Below are positions 12,733 to 25,547 of a stretch of 64,000 bases of DNA, piece after piece. The DNA comes from Vicugna vicugna. Lineage: Eukaryota. Under the pieces are notes generated by a model that made no database searches, was not told where the DNA came from, and saw only the letters and a program-made list of their open reading frames with translations. Location of the stretch: positions 1,639,111 to 1,703,110 of the forward strand of contig MU058824.1 of assembly GCA_013265495.1 (NCBI GenBank), written 5' to 3'. Every line of letters starts with the position of its first letter. The stretch's first letter is position 1. Both the position numbers and the translations under genes were made by a program.

Positions 12733-12845
12733 TAGGGGTTACCAGCTAGAGTACAGGGCGCCCAGTTAAATTTGAATTTCAGGTAAATAAAGAATAATTT
12801 TTTAATTGCAAGTATGTCCCCAATATTGCTAAATACAGCAACCCT
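12733..12845. mobile_element. MER53 (hAT MITE), internally deleted half-palindrome form
   Basis: 'taggggttaccag...acagggcgcccagttaaatttgaatttcaggtaaataaagaataattttt...aagtatgtccccaatatt...gcaaccct'. Confidence 0.8.
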
Positions 12846-13074
12846 CTCCCTTAGGTTGTTTCTACTTCTGCAGTTATTTCTCTTTCTTCTATGTAATTAA
12901 TTTCTTTCATTTTAGAGATCTACTCTCTTTTTGGTACTTCTGACAATGCCCATTCTCTAGGGCCCAGCTAAGAGTCTAGCTTATTCTATATGGTTTAAAC
13001 TTATAGTATAGTTTAATTTATGGAAAGTGATGGAGATTTGAGTAGATTTTTATTTCTGAGGGCCATATATTCTT

Positions 13075-13267
13075 TTTGTTTGTTTCCAACCCTTCATCAT
13101 TTTTTAAATTGAAGTCAGTTACAGTGTGTCAAATTCTGGTGTATAGCATGATGTCCCAGTCATGCACATATATACATACACTTGTTTTTATATTTTCTTT
13201 CATTAAAGGTTATTATGGAATATAGTTCCTTCTGCTATACAGAAGAAATTTGTTTTTTTAATCTATT
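13075..13267 (-). mobile_element. 5'-truncated camelid/artiodactyl L1 3' end with 18-bp TSD
   Basis: TGAGGGCCATATATTCTT occurs at 13057-13074 and 13268-13285. The insert reads 'ttttttaaattgaagtcagttacagtgtgtcaaattctggtgtatagcatg...tctgctatacagaagaaatttg'. Confidence 0.9.
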
Positions 13268-13589
13268 TGAGGGCCATATATTCTTGTAAGACTCCTGAGC
13301 AAACCTGCAATCCCATGTTCCCCAGACATCATTTGCATATCACTTTCTTGAATTTGCCAAATCTGTATACCACTTGTATTATTAATTTACTTAGTATTTT
13401 AAATCAACTATCCTTTCATTTAAATACTTGCAATTGAAAATCAGTATAATTTACTAAGAAGAAGTGTAAAAGCAAATAAAGAGAAAACATACCTATTAAG
13501 ATATAAAATATTAGTCTGGGGCTCACCTATAAATGTTGGGTGTGCCACCAGCAGTGCACAGAAAACAACACTGACGAATGCAAACTCCT

Positions 13590-13800
13590 TGCTGGTTTAG
13601 GAATCCCTTCCATGACCCTGGTGGATGATCTTTGAGTATCTCCTTGAATACCTTCAGGGATGGGGAACTCAGTACTTTGCAAGGTTTTGATTCATTCTTA
13701 AATACCTTATTATTAAATATTTTTTCTTTTACTGAATCCATATCAACCTTATCATATCAGCCATATTTGTCACATATTGATCCTAGTTTTCCTACTTGAC
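13590..13800 (-). mobile_element. L3/CR1 3' fragment
   Basis: 'ctccttgaataccttcagggatggggaactcagtactttgcaagg'. The minus-strand ORF reads 'SSPSLKVFK', typical of the CR1 ORF2 C-terminus. Confidence 0.65.
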
Positions 13801-16639
13801 AGATATTTGAGTGCTTCTTAATGTGACAGCTTGAGTACTTGTTATCTTACAGTCTTATTGAGGGAAGTAAGGATGCAATTACAATACAGTGTGACAGGTC
13901 TGATGGGGATGGGGCAGGGGAGGCGCATTTGGCCTAGGCTGGAGGTGTGGGGAGGTGTTTAGGAAAGCTTCTTTGTGGGGAAATGAGAGAGAGGCTGGTA
14001 TGCTTTTGGAAGTAAAAGGCTGAGTGAGAGGATGAGAAAGGAAGCTGGAGCCGCAGAAAAGGTGAGGAGTGAGCAGATCAGGTGGGTATTGTAACCCTCC
14101 ATTAACATAAGAACTTACTTCCTATAGAACATTTTCATAGCCAGGTTCTAATTTAAAAAAAAGAAAGAAAGAGAAAAGAAAAGAGCCCTGGAGAGGTAGT
14201 CAGGATGGGACTCACTCTCTCCATTTCATAAGTAAAGAGACTGAGGCTTAATGAACCGCCAGCAGATGTGCAGCTGACATGTGGAGGAGCTGGGTTTCGC
14301 CGTTCTATAGTCACACACCCATGCTCCTTTCCTTGTGCCCTGAGCCCCAGCCCAGCTGGTCCAGGATGACCTTCTCTGCCCTTTGAATCTTTTATCTTGA
14401 TTTAACTTACTCAGTTTTCCCAGGACTGACCATGAAGCAAATCTCAGAGGTCTAGAGTCCAGAGTTCTGCTCTCCCTTCCTTGGTTATGGGTGGTGTTGG
14501 CTCACAAGGGTGAAGGGGACTTATGATGACCCCTTCTCTTGGAGCCCTGATGTCTCTGGGATCCTGACTGTTAGGTACCCGGTGACCTCCACCCTCCTGA
14601 CCCTTCTGTAGTCTCTCGGTCTGTGTGTCACAGGCAGGTGGCTCATAGGCCCCCACACGAATCTTGGCCTGTCCTGGTTGAGCAATACCTTGGTACCAGT
14701 ACTGCTGCCCAGAGCTTTTCTTGGATTCTCTTTAGATGCCCAGGTGGCAGGCCTGGCTAACACCATCTTTCGTTGCTACAGAAACCAGTGCTTGCCTTCC
14801 TCCTCAGCCCCATTCTATGTGAAAACCACGGTGAGTTCTTGTCTGGAAGGCAAAGCATGGAAGCATTTTGTGAACCCACTGCCTCCCCTTGCCCTTCTTC
14901 TCCCTCTTCTCCCATGGCTGCAAAAAAGGACTTGGAGACTGTCCTTGAAATGCTCACAGACCAGTCAGTGAAATGGGCCTAACTACCAATCACTTCTCAG
15001 GACCCCACAGCAAGGGGAAGAAACAGTGCTGGAAGAACCGAGGGATAGCAGGGAAGGCTTCCTAGAGGAGGTGGCTGTGAGCAGGCCTGGACAAATGAGT
15101 AGGAGCTGGCCCTTAAGAGATAAGAGGATCCATCAGATGGAAATGCTGCATCCCCTCCCGCTGCAAGCATTGAGCTGGGCCCAGCACACCTTTCCCCCTG
15201 TAGATGTGATGTCAACCTATCGACTAATTAGAGGTGCTAAATTGACATGAAGAGACATGATTTTTGCAGTGTGGTAATTAAAAGGCAGTTGGCTTCACAG
15301 CTGTGATCACCTGAGAGTACTTCTTACCCCTGAAGACATCAGCTGAAAGCAAAGTGAAAAGGAGCTGAGGAAACCGAAGAGGCTTCTAATGTAATTTGTT
15401 AATTTCCTACATTTGTCACCTACACAGCTCTAAGGGGGAAATGGAACATCTCACCAGAAGTTTAAGAGAAAATTGAAGACATATGTTCTCATTGTATGTG
15501 ATTAGACAACTAATATAATCATTATTATTATTTTTTAATTAACAATCCATTTTTAAATCACTAGGTTAGAATTTAGAAAGCCTGATTTAGAATTATGTCT
15601 CTACCTGGTAGCAGCCACGTCACTGTGAGTAAACCCTTCCATTCACTGAGGCTTCTCATCTGTAAAATGGGTAAACTCTCCTCCACTCTGCCTTGTTTGG
15701 GGTTGAGGTATTGAGGGAAACAGCTTTGTAAGTTAAAAGGCTTTTCATAATTGTAACACATACATTTTTGTACATAATGGTACCATCCAATTCTCATAAT
15801 GTCTAAGTTGAGAAGTTGTGATCTAACATTAGTAATCATTAATTGGGTGCCTGCATTATTCCGATCCTCAGAGTAGCCCTGAGGTGGCAGGGGGTGCTTG
15901 TCACCCCAGTTTACAGAGGAAATATATCCCCAGAGGTGAAGTAGTGTTCCTGAAGTTGTATGGTGAGTGGTGTAGCTGGCATTTAGACCCAGCCTGTCCA
16001 AGCCGAAACTTGAAATTCTTATCCTTATGGACCACACCGCTTTTTCAGCACTGGCTTAGTTTTGCTCTATTTTACTCCCATTTTTAACTTAAAAAGGGAG
16101 AAAAAACGATTTGAGGAAGTCATATTTGTTTTGCAACCTTCTTTGCATAAAACAATGATAGAAATGCTATGGAAGGGAGCTAAGAATGAAATAAAAATCA
16201 CAGAATGCCACATGAAAAAAAATTGTATCTGAAAGAGCAAAAAATTAAGTTACTTTACAATTTAATATTTACAAATAAATAAAAGCTCCTTCTCTTAAAC
16301 TGGGTGATAGACAGTTGGATATTGATTTTGTTATTACTCCTTGAACTGAACATATATATTTCATACACTTATATACATAGTTTATATTGCTTAATAAATG
16401 TTTAAAAAGAAAAATGTGAAGAATTTTCTCTTCAGTAAAAAATCAAATATACATGAGTTTTGTTTCGTATAATTGAATTGGACCATCTTAGTCAGTCAAA
16501 AGCGTAATAAGCCACGGATTCAGTACTGTTTTTCTTTTAAGCAAATCTTATTTTTTTCTTCTCCCTTCTTCTAAATGGCTGCAGTTTTTTGTCATCTTGT
16601 ACCTGGCTGCCTCCCTAAGAAGCAGTCTTGTTACTGGAT

Positions 16640-17300
16640 AGAAAACTACATTTCAAGAACAGAAGTTCCAAGTTCGAGCACTAGCCCTTGCCACTTGCTA
16701 ACATGTGACTCTGAGCTCGTCACTTAACTCTCTGAGCTTCAGCTTCCTCGGCTATAAAATGAGAGTAATAAAGTCTACCTGTATCATGGGGTTTTGTGAA
16801 GATCAAAGTTAGATGAAAGCAGGAAATGAGTTTTGGAAATTATTCATCACAGAGAAGAAGCATAGCAATCTGTGGGTTGAGTGAAGCCTGTGACGTTAGT
16901 CTTCCTGCTCTGCCAGTTGCTGTCTGTGTGACCAGGTGCAAGTGACTTAACCTCTCTGAGCCTCAGTCGTCTCATCTGAAAAATACAGCTCAAAATATTA
17001 TCTACCTCATAAGGTGGTTTTGCACATTCAGTGACAAAGTGAGCCCTTCAAGCCTAGCCATATGCACAAGGCTTGTCCCACTGCAGGTGCTGAGTAGGCA
17101 ATACCTTCAAGGAGTCAAAATATCTGAGTTCAAATTCCATCTGTGCCCCTTGCTGGCCGTGGAGCCTTGGGCATGTCACTGTGCCTTCCTCAGCCTCAGT
17201 TTTTCCATCAGGAACACAGACAACCATGCCTTCCCCATCTCCCTCACGAATTGTTGTGAGTCCACAGTAAGGACACAGCTATGGACGTGAGTGGGAAAAG
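16640..17300 (+). mobile_element. Cluster of three MIR fragments
   Basis: Three MIR cores: 'cacttaactctctgagcttcagcttcctc', 'gacttaacctctctgagcctcagtcgtctcatctg' and 'ctcagcctcagtttttccatc'. Confidence 0.8.
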
Positions 17301-19499
17301 CTGAACTCCTGTGCACCTCTGAGTGATTAAAACTATAATTCATCAACAGAAAGGAGAGACAGTTAACTCCAGGTGGTTCCAGAAGAGGTTTTGAGCCTCA
17401 GCAAGACTACACATACTGCCTGGCCGGCCTTGGTGGGAGTAGGGCCCCAAGAACTTGCCCGAATGCCAGACTTTCATTCTCCGTTCTTAACTCGGGAAAT
17501 GCTTTGTGGCCACCCCACGTCACGTTAATCTCACGGGTGTCTATGTTGAGGCACTTTGTGTCCAAACAGTTTTTCTCCAGGGCTTGGGCGCAGCAGCGAC
17601 CTGGCACAGATCTCAAGTGGACCCCAGTTCCCAACGCACACAGCCTGGTGCCTTTGTATACATCCTGGCACTGGCCACAAACAAGGTTTTGTCAGAAGCT
17701 TCCTGAGAAAGTTGTGTTCCATTCATCTTGGCTGAAAGAAACCCTAGATGACAAATACCTCCCTCATTTAATTACAGAAACAGTCAGCAAACCCATGGAA
17801 GAAGATTAAACCGAGCGGAGAAAAGAGCAAAGCCTCAATCATCTTCTCCCCCCTCGGATCTGGCTGGCATTTCTCACCTAGGATTTAGCAACTAGGGCCA
17901 CTCTTGGTTATACTTTCCATCTGAAAAATGGTTTATTTCTGCAGAAAGGTGAAATTCAGAGGCCCCAAATTAGGTAAAGAAGGAATTGCATTTAGAGAAG
18001 AATTCATCAATGGCTGAGAATTTAATAAAGATCCTGAAATGGGGAGGTGTATTTCTATTTTTCATCTAGGCTTATATCTGCAAAGAGAAGTGAGACACAA
18101 CGGCAATTATCAGAATAAATCAGATCAAATGAAACACACACCCACACAAAAGTAACAAACTCCTTCATCATTTTCCTCCATTGTTGGAGAGAGAAGTATA
18201 GAATTGTGTGGTTGCAAGGAGCCTTTGAAATCTTTGGTTCAATCCATCATTTTCAGAGATGAGAAAAACAGACACCCACAGATGAGAAATGCTTTGCCTT
18301 GTTCTTGAAGTCACGGAGACGGGGTTCAGCCTGGTTTCCCAGCTCCCTAGAGTACCCTTGTAGCTGTCTTCGTTCTCCTGCTCTCGCTGTCTGTGAGCGC
18401 TTGATGTGAAAGAGACTCACAGTCCAACATGCAGAACCCAAACTTTCTCAGGGTATTTCATGGCCAGCCGGGGCTTCCCACCCAGAGGGAGATGCTGATG
18501 GCTCTCTTCCCATCCCATGCTGCTGGTTAAAGGGTGTGTCTTCCCGGAATCTCCCAGGATCAACCATGCCCACCGTGGACACTTGCTATGTTTGAGTAGC
18601 CTTGAAATACGCTGTCTCTTCCCTGGGCTAGTGGGTCTGAAGAATAAACAAGCCCTGGATCATTACCCTGTCTCATCTGGGACTGATGGGTCAGAGCTGG
18701 TTGAAGAAACAGAACTGGATGTGAAGTCAAAAGACCAATTCCATATTTCTAGTACTTGCACAGCTTGTATCACCTTTCGGGGCCACAGTTTCTTCAGCTG
18801 TAAAATGGATGGTAAATTTTACCTCGAAGAACTAAGGGACTCTGAGACTCACTGACATTCTAGATGTTTGGAAGCTTCACCGATTATAAAGTGGATGGAA
18901 CAGGATTGAGAAAATCCTACCCAAATTTGCCCCCTGGCACTTGGGCCCTTGCCTCATAAAATGACAATTGTCCTGAAGAATAATACAGACTACCCCTTCT
19001 TTCCTCCACAATCTGTTTGGGACCCAGGGCTTCTACAGAAAATTGGGCAGCTGTGCCTCTCTCCTCATGGTTGTTGATCTTTGAGGCAACCAAGATGCTT
19101 TTTCTCTTCATTCTTGTTTATCTTTCTAAATTCAAACAGAGCTATAAATTCCTAGAAAAAGCTATATAAAGTGGACAGGAGGGCACAAGGAGTGAAACAG
19201 AAACCTCTAAAGTAAGTTTCATGACAAAGTTTCATGGGCAAAAAAGAAAATCTCTGGCAACAATGCATGACAGGAATTTAATGTACTGTGTTAACCAGAG
19301 TATCAGAAAATCATGCACTCATTAACACAGACAGCATAAGATGGGAGCCTACTAGACACCAAAAATCTGTGCTCAAATACTTGTTCTCCAGTTTTCTGAG
19401 AAAAAATACTAAATTATAATGTAAACAGACAGCAGATAGGGCCAAATGCAACCCATATATTGTCTTTTGATGGGCTGCCTCAGAAAATACCTGCCTTGC

Positions 19500-21720
19500 T
19501 TTTGAGGATGAGTACACTGAAATCATCTACATTCAGCCTTTGAAGAAATACTGCAAAAATAATCAAAGATGCACAATATCCAGAAGAAGCAGAGGAAGAG
19601 CTCACCTCTGAAGATGAGCTATTGTAGGATACAGAAGAAAACTTTTGAAAGACTTTTGACATCCTCCGTCATATGCAGAAAAATACATGGTCTCCATGAA
19701 ATATGAGATAAGAGGATGTGGCGAAAAGGGATATGGTCATAAAAAATTACTAGGAAATGGAAGAAGTCAAAAACAATAAAAAAATATGTCAGGGACAGTA
19801 AAGCTCAAACTGAGACTGTTGAAATGCAAATCAACAAACCTGAACAAGGAACTTGAATGGCTAACATGTTTCTGTACAGCTACTCAATCATATTATAGTC
19901 AAAGGGCTGCAGAGTCTATTAATATTGAAGCGCTAACTTATCCCCAAAAGCTGAGCAAAAAGTAGAAAGTCAGATAATACCAAACATTGGTCAGTATGTG
20001 GAGAAATAAGGACCCTTGTGCACCACTGCTGGGATTGTGGCTGATGCAGCCATTTTATCAGAAGTTAACAAAACTGGATATGCACATACCCTGTAATAAA
20101 AGAGACAGAACACAATAAGATGGTCTTCCAGAACTCAGAGGACAAGGACCAAGAGATGAAATCATGGAAAAAATAGGACAGATATGGATTTGGGAAATGA
20201 AAGACAACGTGTAGATAATCAGATATTCCAGTGGAGAGGCAAGGATATATATGAATATTAACGTAGCATAAATATAATAAATATAGTATTGTGTATACTA
20301 TATTTATATGATAAATAATACATTTATACATATATATATTTTTTGGTTGAAAGATGAGTGTGTAGATTGAAGGACTCCCTGTGTCCCATATAAAATCAAG
20401 ATTGCCACACCCAGAATGATCTTGGCAAATTTTTTGAATTCTAAGAATAAAGAAAAAAAAATCCTTCAGACATCCAAGCAGAGAAAATCAGATACCTACT
20501 AATGAACAACAATCAAACTATCCCCAGATTTCTCTTCTGCATCTCTTTGTAATTTCAAAGGGGAAAAATGGTAGCCCAAGAATTTTATACCCAGATAAAT
20601 TCTGCATGAGTCAAGGCAGCAGAGGTTCATTCTCAGCAAGTTTTCAACCCTTTACCCTCCTTCAGAATATGAAAAGATATTCCAGCAGGTTAAGACAAGA
20701 AGCAAGATTAATACATCCAGAATGGAAAAGAGTGGATACGTAGTTTGAATACCAGAGGGAACAAAAGGAAACAAAAAGGAAGCATTAAAAGAAAGAATAA
20801 GACTTCCAACAGAATGATAAATGCAAGACCAAGTATTTATTGCAGCAATAAGTGTGTATTTTGAAATCCACTCCATGTACTTGTTTCAGGAAATATACTT
20901 AAATATAATCTTAATAGAATACAAATAAAAGATGGATCTCAGCCATGGCAGGCAAGTGTGATAAAAAAAATAAAGGATTTCAATATTAATATTAAGTAAG
21001 ATATTCAATATTAATATCGAGCAAGATATATGAAACAAACAGCAATAAAATGATGAAGAGGGTTATTTTGCCTTAGTAAATACTTTAATCTCAGTCCACT
21101 CAATTATTATCTACTAATTACCTGCTATTTGCATTTGAAAAGGGTATATATTGCTGAAAAATAAAGACGTAATGAACATTTATCCTCAAAACAACATAAA
21201 ATCAAAGCATATAAAGCAAAAACTGCTGAAGAATATGGAAATGTTGTCAGTGACAACAGGGAAAAATTTAACAAACCTCTCAGGTTTTTTTGGGGTTTTT
21301 TTTTAACATTTTTTATTGATCTATAATCATTTTACAATGTTGTGTCAAATCAAACCTCTCAGTTTTTGATAGGTGAAGTAAACAAAAATACAAAACATGT
21401 GTTAATAATATGATTGATTAGTTAGACTATATCTCTTATACATAAGAAGTCTGATAATTTTATAGCTTACAACCAGAGACTACATCTGTTTTTCCAGCCA
21501 CCATGAAACTTTTACAAAAATTGATTGTATAATAGGCTACCAAAAAAAAAATTCTCAGTAAATTCTGAAAGCAGAAACTGTACACTCCAAATTCTCAAAA
21601 CAATCCAATAAACCTAGAAATGATAAAACTATAAAATAAATTAAAAAGTACTCTCTGGAATAAATCCTTGGTTAGGGATTAATTCGAAGCCTCAATCATA
21701 GTCTGTTTAGAAATGAACTT
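19500..21720 (+). mobile_element. Decayed ancient L1M/HAL1-like element (ORF1 and ORF2 endonuclease remnants)
   Basis: A-rich. ORF1-like 'atcaaactatccccagatttctc...ccaagaattttatacccagataaatt'. ORF2-like 'gatgaagagggttatttt...aacatttatcctcaaaacaac...catataaagcaaaaactg' and 'acaaaaattgattgtataataggctac'. Confidence 0.75.
21284..21350 (-). mobile_element. Ultra-short young L1 3' end with 12-bp TSD
   Basis: CAAACCTCTCAG occurs at 21272-21283 and 21351-21362. The reverse complement of the insert nearly matches 9956-10014. Confidence 0.92.
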
Positions 21721-22019
21721 GGTTGTGTGAAATAAGGCAGGAGAGCCCAGAAAGACTAGGTCTTGGAGTTAGGACTCTAATGGTAGCAGGCCTAGTGTTG
21801 CAGGTGCTGGGTGACTGCTCGGGGAGGAAGCCCTGGCAAACACACAGGAGGGAGGGGACAGCCATCAGAGGGAGAAAGAGCACTGGTGTTAGAGTCCTTT
21901 AGACCTGGCTTTGAATTCTGCTTCTGCCTCTTACTGACTGTGTTGGGTATCTCAATTTCTCCCTATTTCTTGGCCTCAGTCTGTTATATTCGAGACTAGG
22001 GGTGCTGAACCCTCAGTTC

Positions 22020-22190
22020 AACTGCGGTTCTCAACCCTCAGCTTGGGAAGTTTCTAAATAATACTGATGCCTGGGCTGTATGCCCACAGAGTCTGATGCA
22101 CTTGTTTTAGCATGGGACCAAATCATGAATATTTTTAAAACTGTCCCCATGTGATTCTAATGTGCAGCCAGAGTAGGGAACCCCAGAACT
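22020..22190. mobile_element. MER5-type fragment
   Basis: 'ggttctcaaccct...aatactgatgcctgggc...gtgattctaatgtgcagccagag'. Confidence 0.75.
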
Positions 22191-22979
22191 AGATTTCTAG
22201 GGTTCCTTCAGTTCAGCAATGCTGCTGGGCACCTGCGGTCTTTGCCGATGGAAGAAAGTTTTAGGAGGCTAAAGCCAGAGGAACAGTGATGCAAAGCAAT
22301 CTAATCAAAGTGTGCATTATCTCAAATGGTGCAGAAAATGTCAGCGCCAGTTAATATTTTGCACCCAACATGATTTAGACCCGGGGCATATATTGTACTC
22401 CAAGCCCATTGTAAACACAATGGGCCATTTATGCGCTGAACAGTAACCACTGTAATTACCTACAGGGCAAACATATGAGGTTGTTCAAGCAACAATTAAT
22501 TGTGGACCTGGAACTAATGGGACAATAACAGCAAAGTATCAACCAGAGTGTGATTCAGAAATCACATCAGAAAACCAATATTTTCCAAATTGTATTAGAT
22601 AAGCATTTTTGGGGATGTGATGGTACATATACCATTCCTGGTCCTGAAATAGTTGCTCTTTGATTTTTCAAATAGCTCCTTCTTACACTGGTGACCGTAG
22701 GAAGCTGGAAATATTGTTTTAATCTCGAGAGAAGGATCACAGACACTAAGTTTGAGCAGACTGTAGAGAGCTTCTATTTCTTGCACTCACTATGGGACCT
22801 AAGTACCACCTTCAGGCAGGGGTGCTGACCTTGTTTGGTTGATTCTCTTTGTGAATCTGATGGAAACCATGGATACTCTTTTCAGAAAAATGTGCATGTC
22901 TGTATGCACATACATGCTCACCAAGCTTTTTCATACAGTTTTCAGGGAGTTCCCAGATACCTTGCAGCCCCTCTGTGCT

Positions 22980-23145
22980 CTTACTGCATCATCATGATCC
23001 AGCCTCTGTTTGCACACCTCCAGAAACAGGGATCTCACTACTTCCAACAGCAGGCCTCCCCTTGCTGGACAGTTTAGGTTGTGTCCTTAGTGTGTCCAGC
23101 TGGATTTTCCTTTCTGTAGGTTCTTCCCATTGACCTTTATTCTAC
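22980..23145 (-). mobile_element. L3/CR1 3' fragment
   Basis: 'atccagcctctgtttgcacacctccagaaacagggatctcactacttcc'. Confidence 0.65.
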
Positions 23146-23729
23146 CCAGAATTTTTTTTTTTAATAGTCGATCTATCCAGTCTTGGAATGATATCCTGTC
23201 TTTGTGGAGATCTTAGAAATTGGTTCCTATAAGTGCTGTATAGCTCCGGGTGACAGCTGATGGTTTGTTGTGTGTTCAGCTCTAACAACAGGACCTACTG
23301 AGGCTGCTGAGTGGATGCAGGTGATCCAGGGATTCTAGTAGTGGCCGTATACCATCTGAGCCAGCTCAAGAAAAGGGGCAAATCTCCATTGCCCTGCTCT
23401 GCTGAAGTCTTGGGGGTGGGGGGTAGTGCTTCACTGGGTGACAGGAGGAGCAATAAAGCAACTTCAGCTGGGGCCTATGGGTTCCAGGATGTTATTTCCC
23501 TGGATGCTGGAGTTAGACTCTGGGATATATTGGATCTAGAGCTGCTGGGACAGCAGGGGTTGGGGAGACAGCCTGTGGCAGCAGAGAGGGATCTTGCTTC
23601 AGCCTTGCCCTCTCTGGATCGAAGACTTAAATGAAACAAAAGAAGGAAGAAAAGAAAGAAAGCAGAGAAGGGTGGAGGGAAGCGGGGAAGGAGGGGAGGG
23701 GAGATGACAGACAGACTAGAAGGAACCAT

Positions 23730-25240
23730 GGAGAAATTCTTTTATAATGTCAGAGTGGGAAAGGCCTTTCTAAATATGACATAAAACCTGAAGACAGAAA
23801 AGAAACAAATGATAATTTCAGCCACATTAAAAAAAAACAACAACACTTCTATATGGCAAAAGACACCATAAGAAACATCAAAAGAAAAAGTGCAAACTGG
23901 GTGGAAATTAGCAACTTATATCACAAAGGGCTAATCTCCTTACTATAAAAGATCACTTCTACCAACCAACAAGAAAAAGACTCAGAGTCCAATTGGAAAA
24001 CAGGCAAAGGATGTGAAGAGTTTCCAGAAAGAAATTGCAAATTGCTCTTAAGCATAAGAAGAGACACTCAACCTCACTCAACCTCAAATGCAAATCAGAA
24101 CTACAAGATGCCATTTTTCCACCATCATACTGCAAAGATCAAAAAATTTGATAACAGCCTTCCGTGGATGAGGCTGAGCGGAAGAGAGAGCAGAGATCAG
24201 AGGAAATGTTATAGAAGGAATGACATTTAAGCTGGGCTCTGTAGGGCAGATAATTAAAATCCAATTTAGCAACTTACTGGCACTTAAAAGAAAAAGAAGA
24301 AATAATAAAGGGAAAGATGGACAGATTTGACTACTGAGTGTAAATTAAAATATACACACACAAAATGTAAAAGCAAACAAACTGGGATATTTGCAGCAAC
24401 TGTAATAGCCTGAGTTTAAATGCTGAATATATAAAAGTCTTCGTTAAACTCTGTGAGAAAAGCATTAGAATACCACTCAGAAAATAAACAAGAGACATAC
24501 AAAAGCAATTCCTAAAATAGAACATATGACTGGTTAACAACCACATGGGAAAAGGTTCAATATGTATAACCAACAAATGCAATGTGATTACAGTTTTTGG
24601 TGATAAATCATAAATAAATTAGAGAGATGTTCTATTTTCCTTCTGTTGACAAGAATGTTGGTGAGATTGGCCCTCTAATTATTCCTGACTAGTGAGTGTG
24701 TAAATTGACATGATTTGGGGGGGAAATAAGTATAAAGTCTTTAAATGCTCATATCCTTTATCTGGGACATTTCACATCCTAGACTCTAGCCTACGGAAAT
24801 AGCCTGAAATACAGGGAAAAAATACTATACACAAAGATGCTTATAGAATAATACAACAATAATGACAAATTAGAAACAGCCTAAATGCACCCAAATTAGA
24901 CATAATTCAATAAATTATGGTATGTTCATATGCTGGAATATTATGCAGCTAATAAAAAGTTTACATGTTAAAATATTTACAGGAAGTTTTAACAGCATGG
25001 TTAAATGCTTGTAGGATAATAAGTGAAGGAATAAATAGTTAAATTGTGTATGTAGAATGATCCCAAGAATCTTTTTTTTTAAAACATTGCCATGCAGGAG
25101 AAAGGATCAGAAGGAAATAGATGACAATATTAATGACTGTTTTGGGGGAAGGATTAATTATTGGTCCATTTTTTCCTCCTTTCTCTTTATTTTGCATTTT
25201 TAAAACCTCTTAAATTATAATGTGTTGCTTTTGCAATAAG
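23730..25240 (+). mobile_element. L1ME-type ORF2 3' end and 3' UTR fragments
   Basis: 'gagtgggaaaggcctttctaaatatgac...ggcaaaagacaccata...aaatgcaaatcagaactacaagatgccattt' and 'aataaattatggtatgttcatatgctggaatattatgcagc'. Confidence 0.8.
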
Positions 25241-25376
25241 AAGGCTTAAAAAATATTTTACCTGTGTGTTCGTACCCCAAGTAAGAACTAAAGACCTCTG
25301 TTCCCTTAGGAAAGATCCTGGGCTCACAGCTGTGAGGTTCCCTCAGTGAAAGCGCTGCCTCTTTTGTGTTTTTCAG

Positions 25377-25547
25377 CTCTCCTTTGCTGCAACCACGCCT
25401 GTTCTAGCTGATAAGAAGAAATACCCTTATTTCTTTCGGACAGTCCCATCAGATAACGCGGTGAATCCAGCCATCCTGAAGTTGCTGAAGCACTACCAGT
25501 GGAAGCGAGTGGGCACGCTGACTCAGGACGTGCAGCGCTTCTCCGAG
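25377..25547 (+). CDS. GABBR2: GABA-B receptor subunit 2, internal coding exon (probably exon 3; Venus-flytrap domain)
   Basis: Acceptor cttttgtgtttttcag|, donor GAG|gtacgc. 171 nt, phase 0/0. Translates to [57 protein letters not shown], which I recognise as GABBR2. Confidence 0.98.

Noticed and set aside
17515..17522. UPRE/XBP1-type TGACGTGG motif (minus strand here, plus strand at 51619-51626)
   Set aside because: Two hits of an 8-mer in 64 kb is close to chance expectation, and there is no promoter context.
19500..19630. Acidic coding-looking stretch (YPEEAEEELTSEDELL) as a processed pseudogene
   Set aside because: It lies in frame-broken, A-rich sequence contiguous with L1/HAL1 ORF1 remnants. 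No parent gene recognised.
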